Of a stretch of DNA of 64,000 bases, positions 63,830 to 64,000 are shown piece after piece (the stretch's first letter is position 1; every line of letters begins with the position of its first letter). The notes below the pieces were generated by a model that ran no database searches, had not been told where the DNA came from, and saw nothing but the letters and a program-made list of their open reading frames with translations. Origin of the DNA: a virus (taxonomy: Duplodnaviria; Heunggongvirae; Uroviricota; Caudoviricetes); IMG/VR virus record IMGVR_UViG_3300011115_000934, positions 33,983 to 97,982 of that record; one strand, given 5' to 3'. Position numbers and translations under genes: made by a program.

Positions 63830-64000
63830 CTAAATTTATCCGATATGAGAGCAATTCAATCGTCTCCAATGTAGTTTTAGCTATTAGCTAAAATTATGAC
63901 TCAGAAATTGAGAATTTGGAGAGTAGTCCCTACCAGCATGACTGGTGTTCAGGCTCCCACGTTTTTTGTTGAAACAACAGAAAATGGTAGAGAAGAAGCA

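Noticed and set aside
1-64000. Stop-codon reassignment (alternative genetic code)
   Set aside because: Core genes are intact under code 11, TAA/TAG/TGA all terminate tightly packed genes, and there is no canonical suppressor tRNA.
1-64000. CRISPR array
   Set aside because: No regularly spaced direct repeats with unique spacers. The repeats seen are in-frame coding repeats, and the GTTCGA recurrences are tRNA T loops.

Overview
AT-rich segment of a large lytic T4-like (contractile-tailed) bacteriophage genome, with every credible gene on the + strand. The host is inferred to be Bacteroidota, probably Flavobacteria-like: start codons have A-rich upstream regions with no Shine-Dalgarno, promoters look like TTG-N(~19)-TAnnTTTA, one protein carries a T9SS C-terminal sorting domain, and there is a Bacteroidota-type lipoprotein. 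Layout: (1) 1-14.6 kb head module (terminase, portal, prohead protease, scaffold with a 3x47-aa repeat, major capsid, PhoH). (2) 14.6-36.5 kb tail module (fibre-like and Gly-rich proteins, neck, sheath, tube, gp26/gp51-like chaperone pair with a candidate +1 frameshift, tape measure, baseplate, lysozyme-bearing hub). (3) 36.5-47 kb replication and nucleotide metabolism (divergent family A polymerase, SSB, RecA/UvsX, 5'-3' exonuclease, DnaB, NrdB, NrdA, resolvase-like nuclease). (4) 47-54.3 kb cell-envelope locus (PA14/dockerin-like, cohesin-like, cohesin+T9SS-CTD, CsgG-like, beta-barrel-like proteins). (5) 54.3-57.8 kb small genes. (6) 56.5-64 kb RNA array with 24 recognisable tRNAs covering all 20 amino acids, several non-canonical or oversized tRNA-like RNAs, structured spacer RNAs, three endonuclease genes and a candidate leader-peptide attenuator. 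All protein assignments come from motif recognition and synteny, and all RNA structures from manual base-pairing; no searches or folding programs were run.
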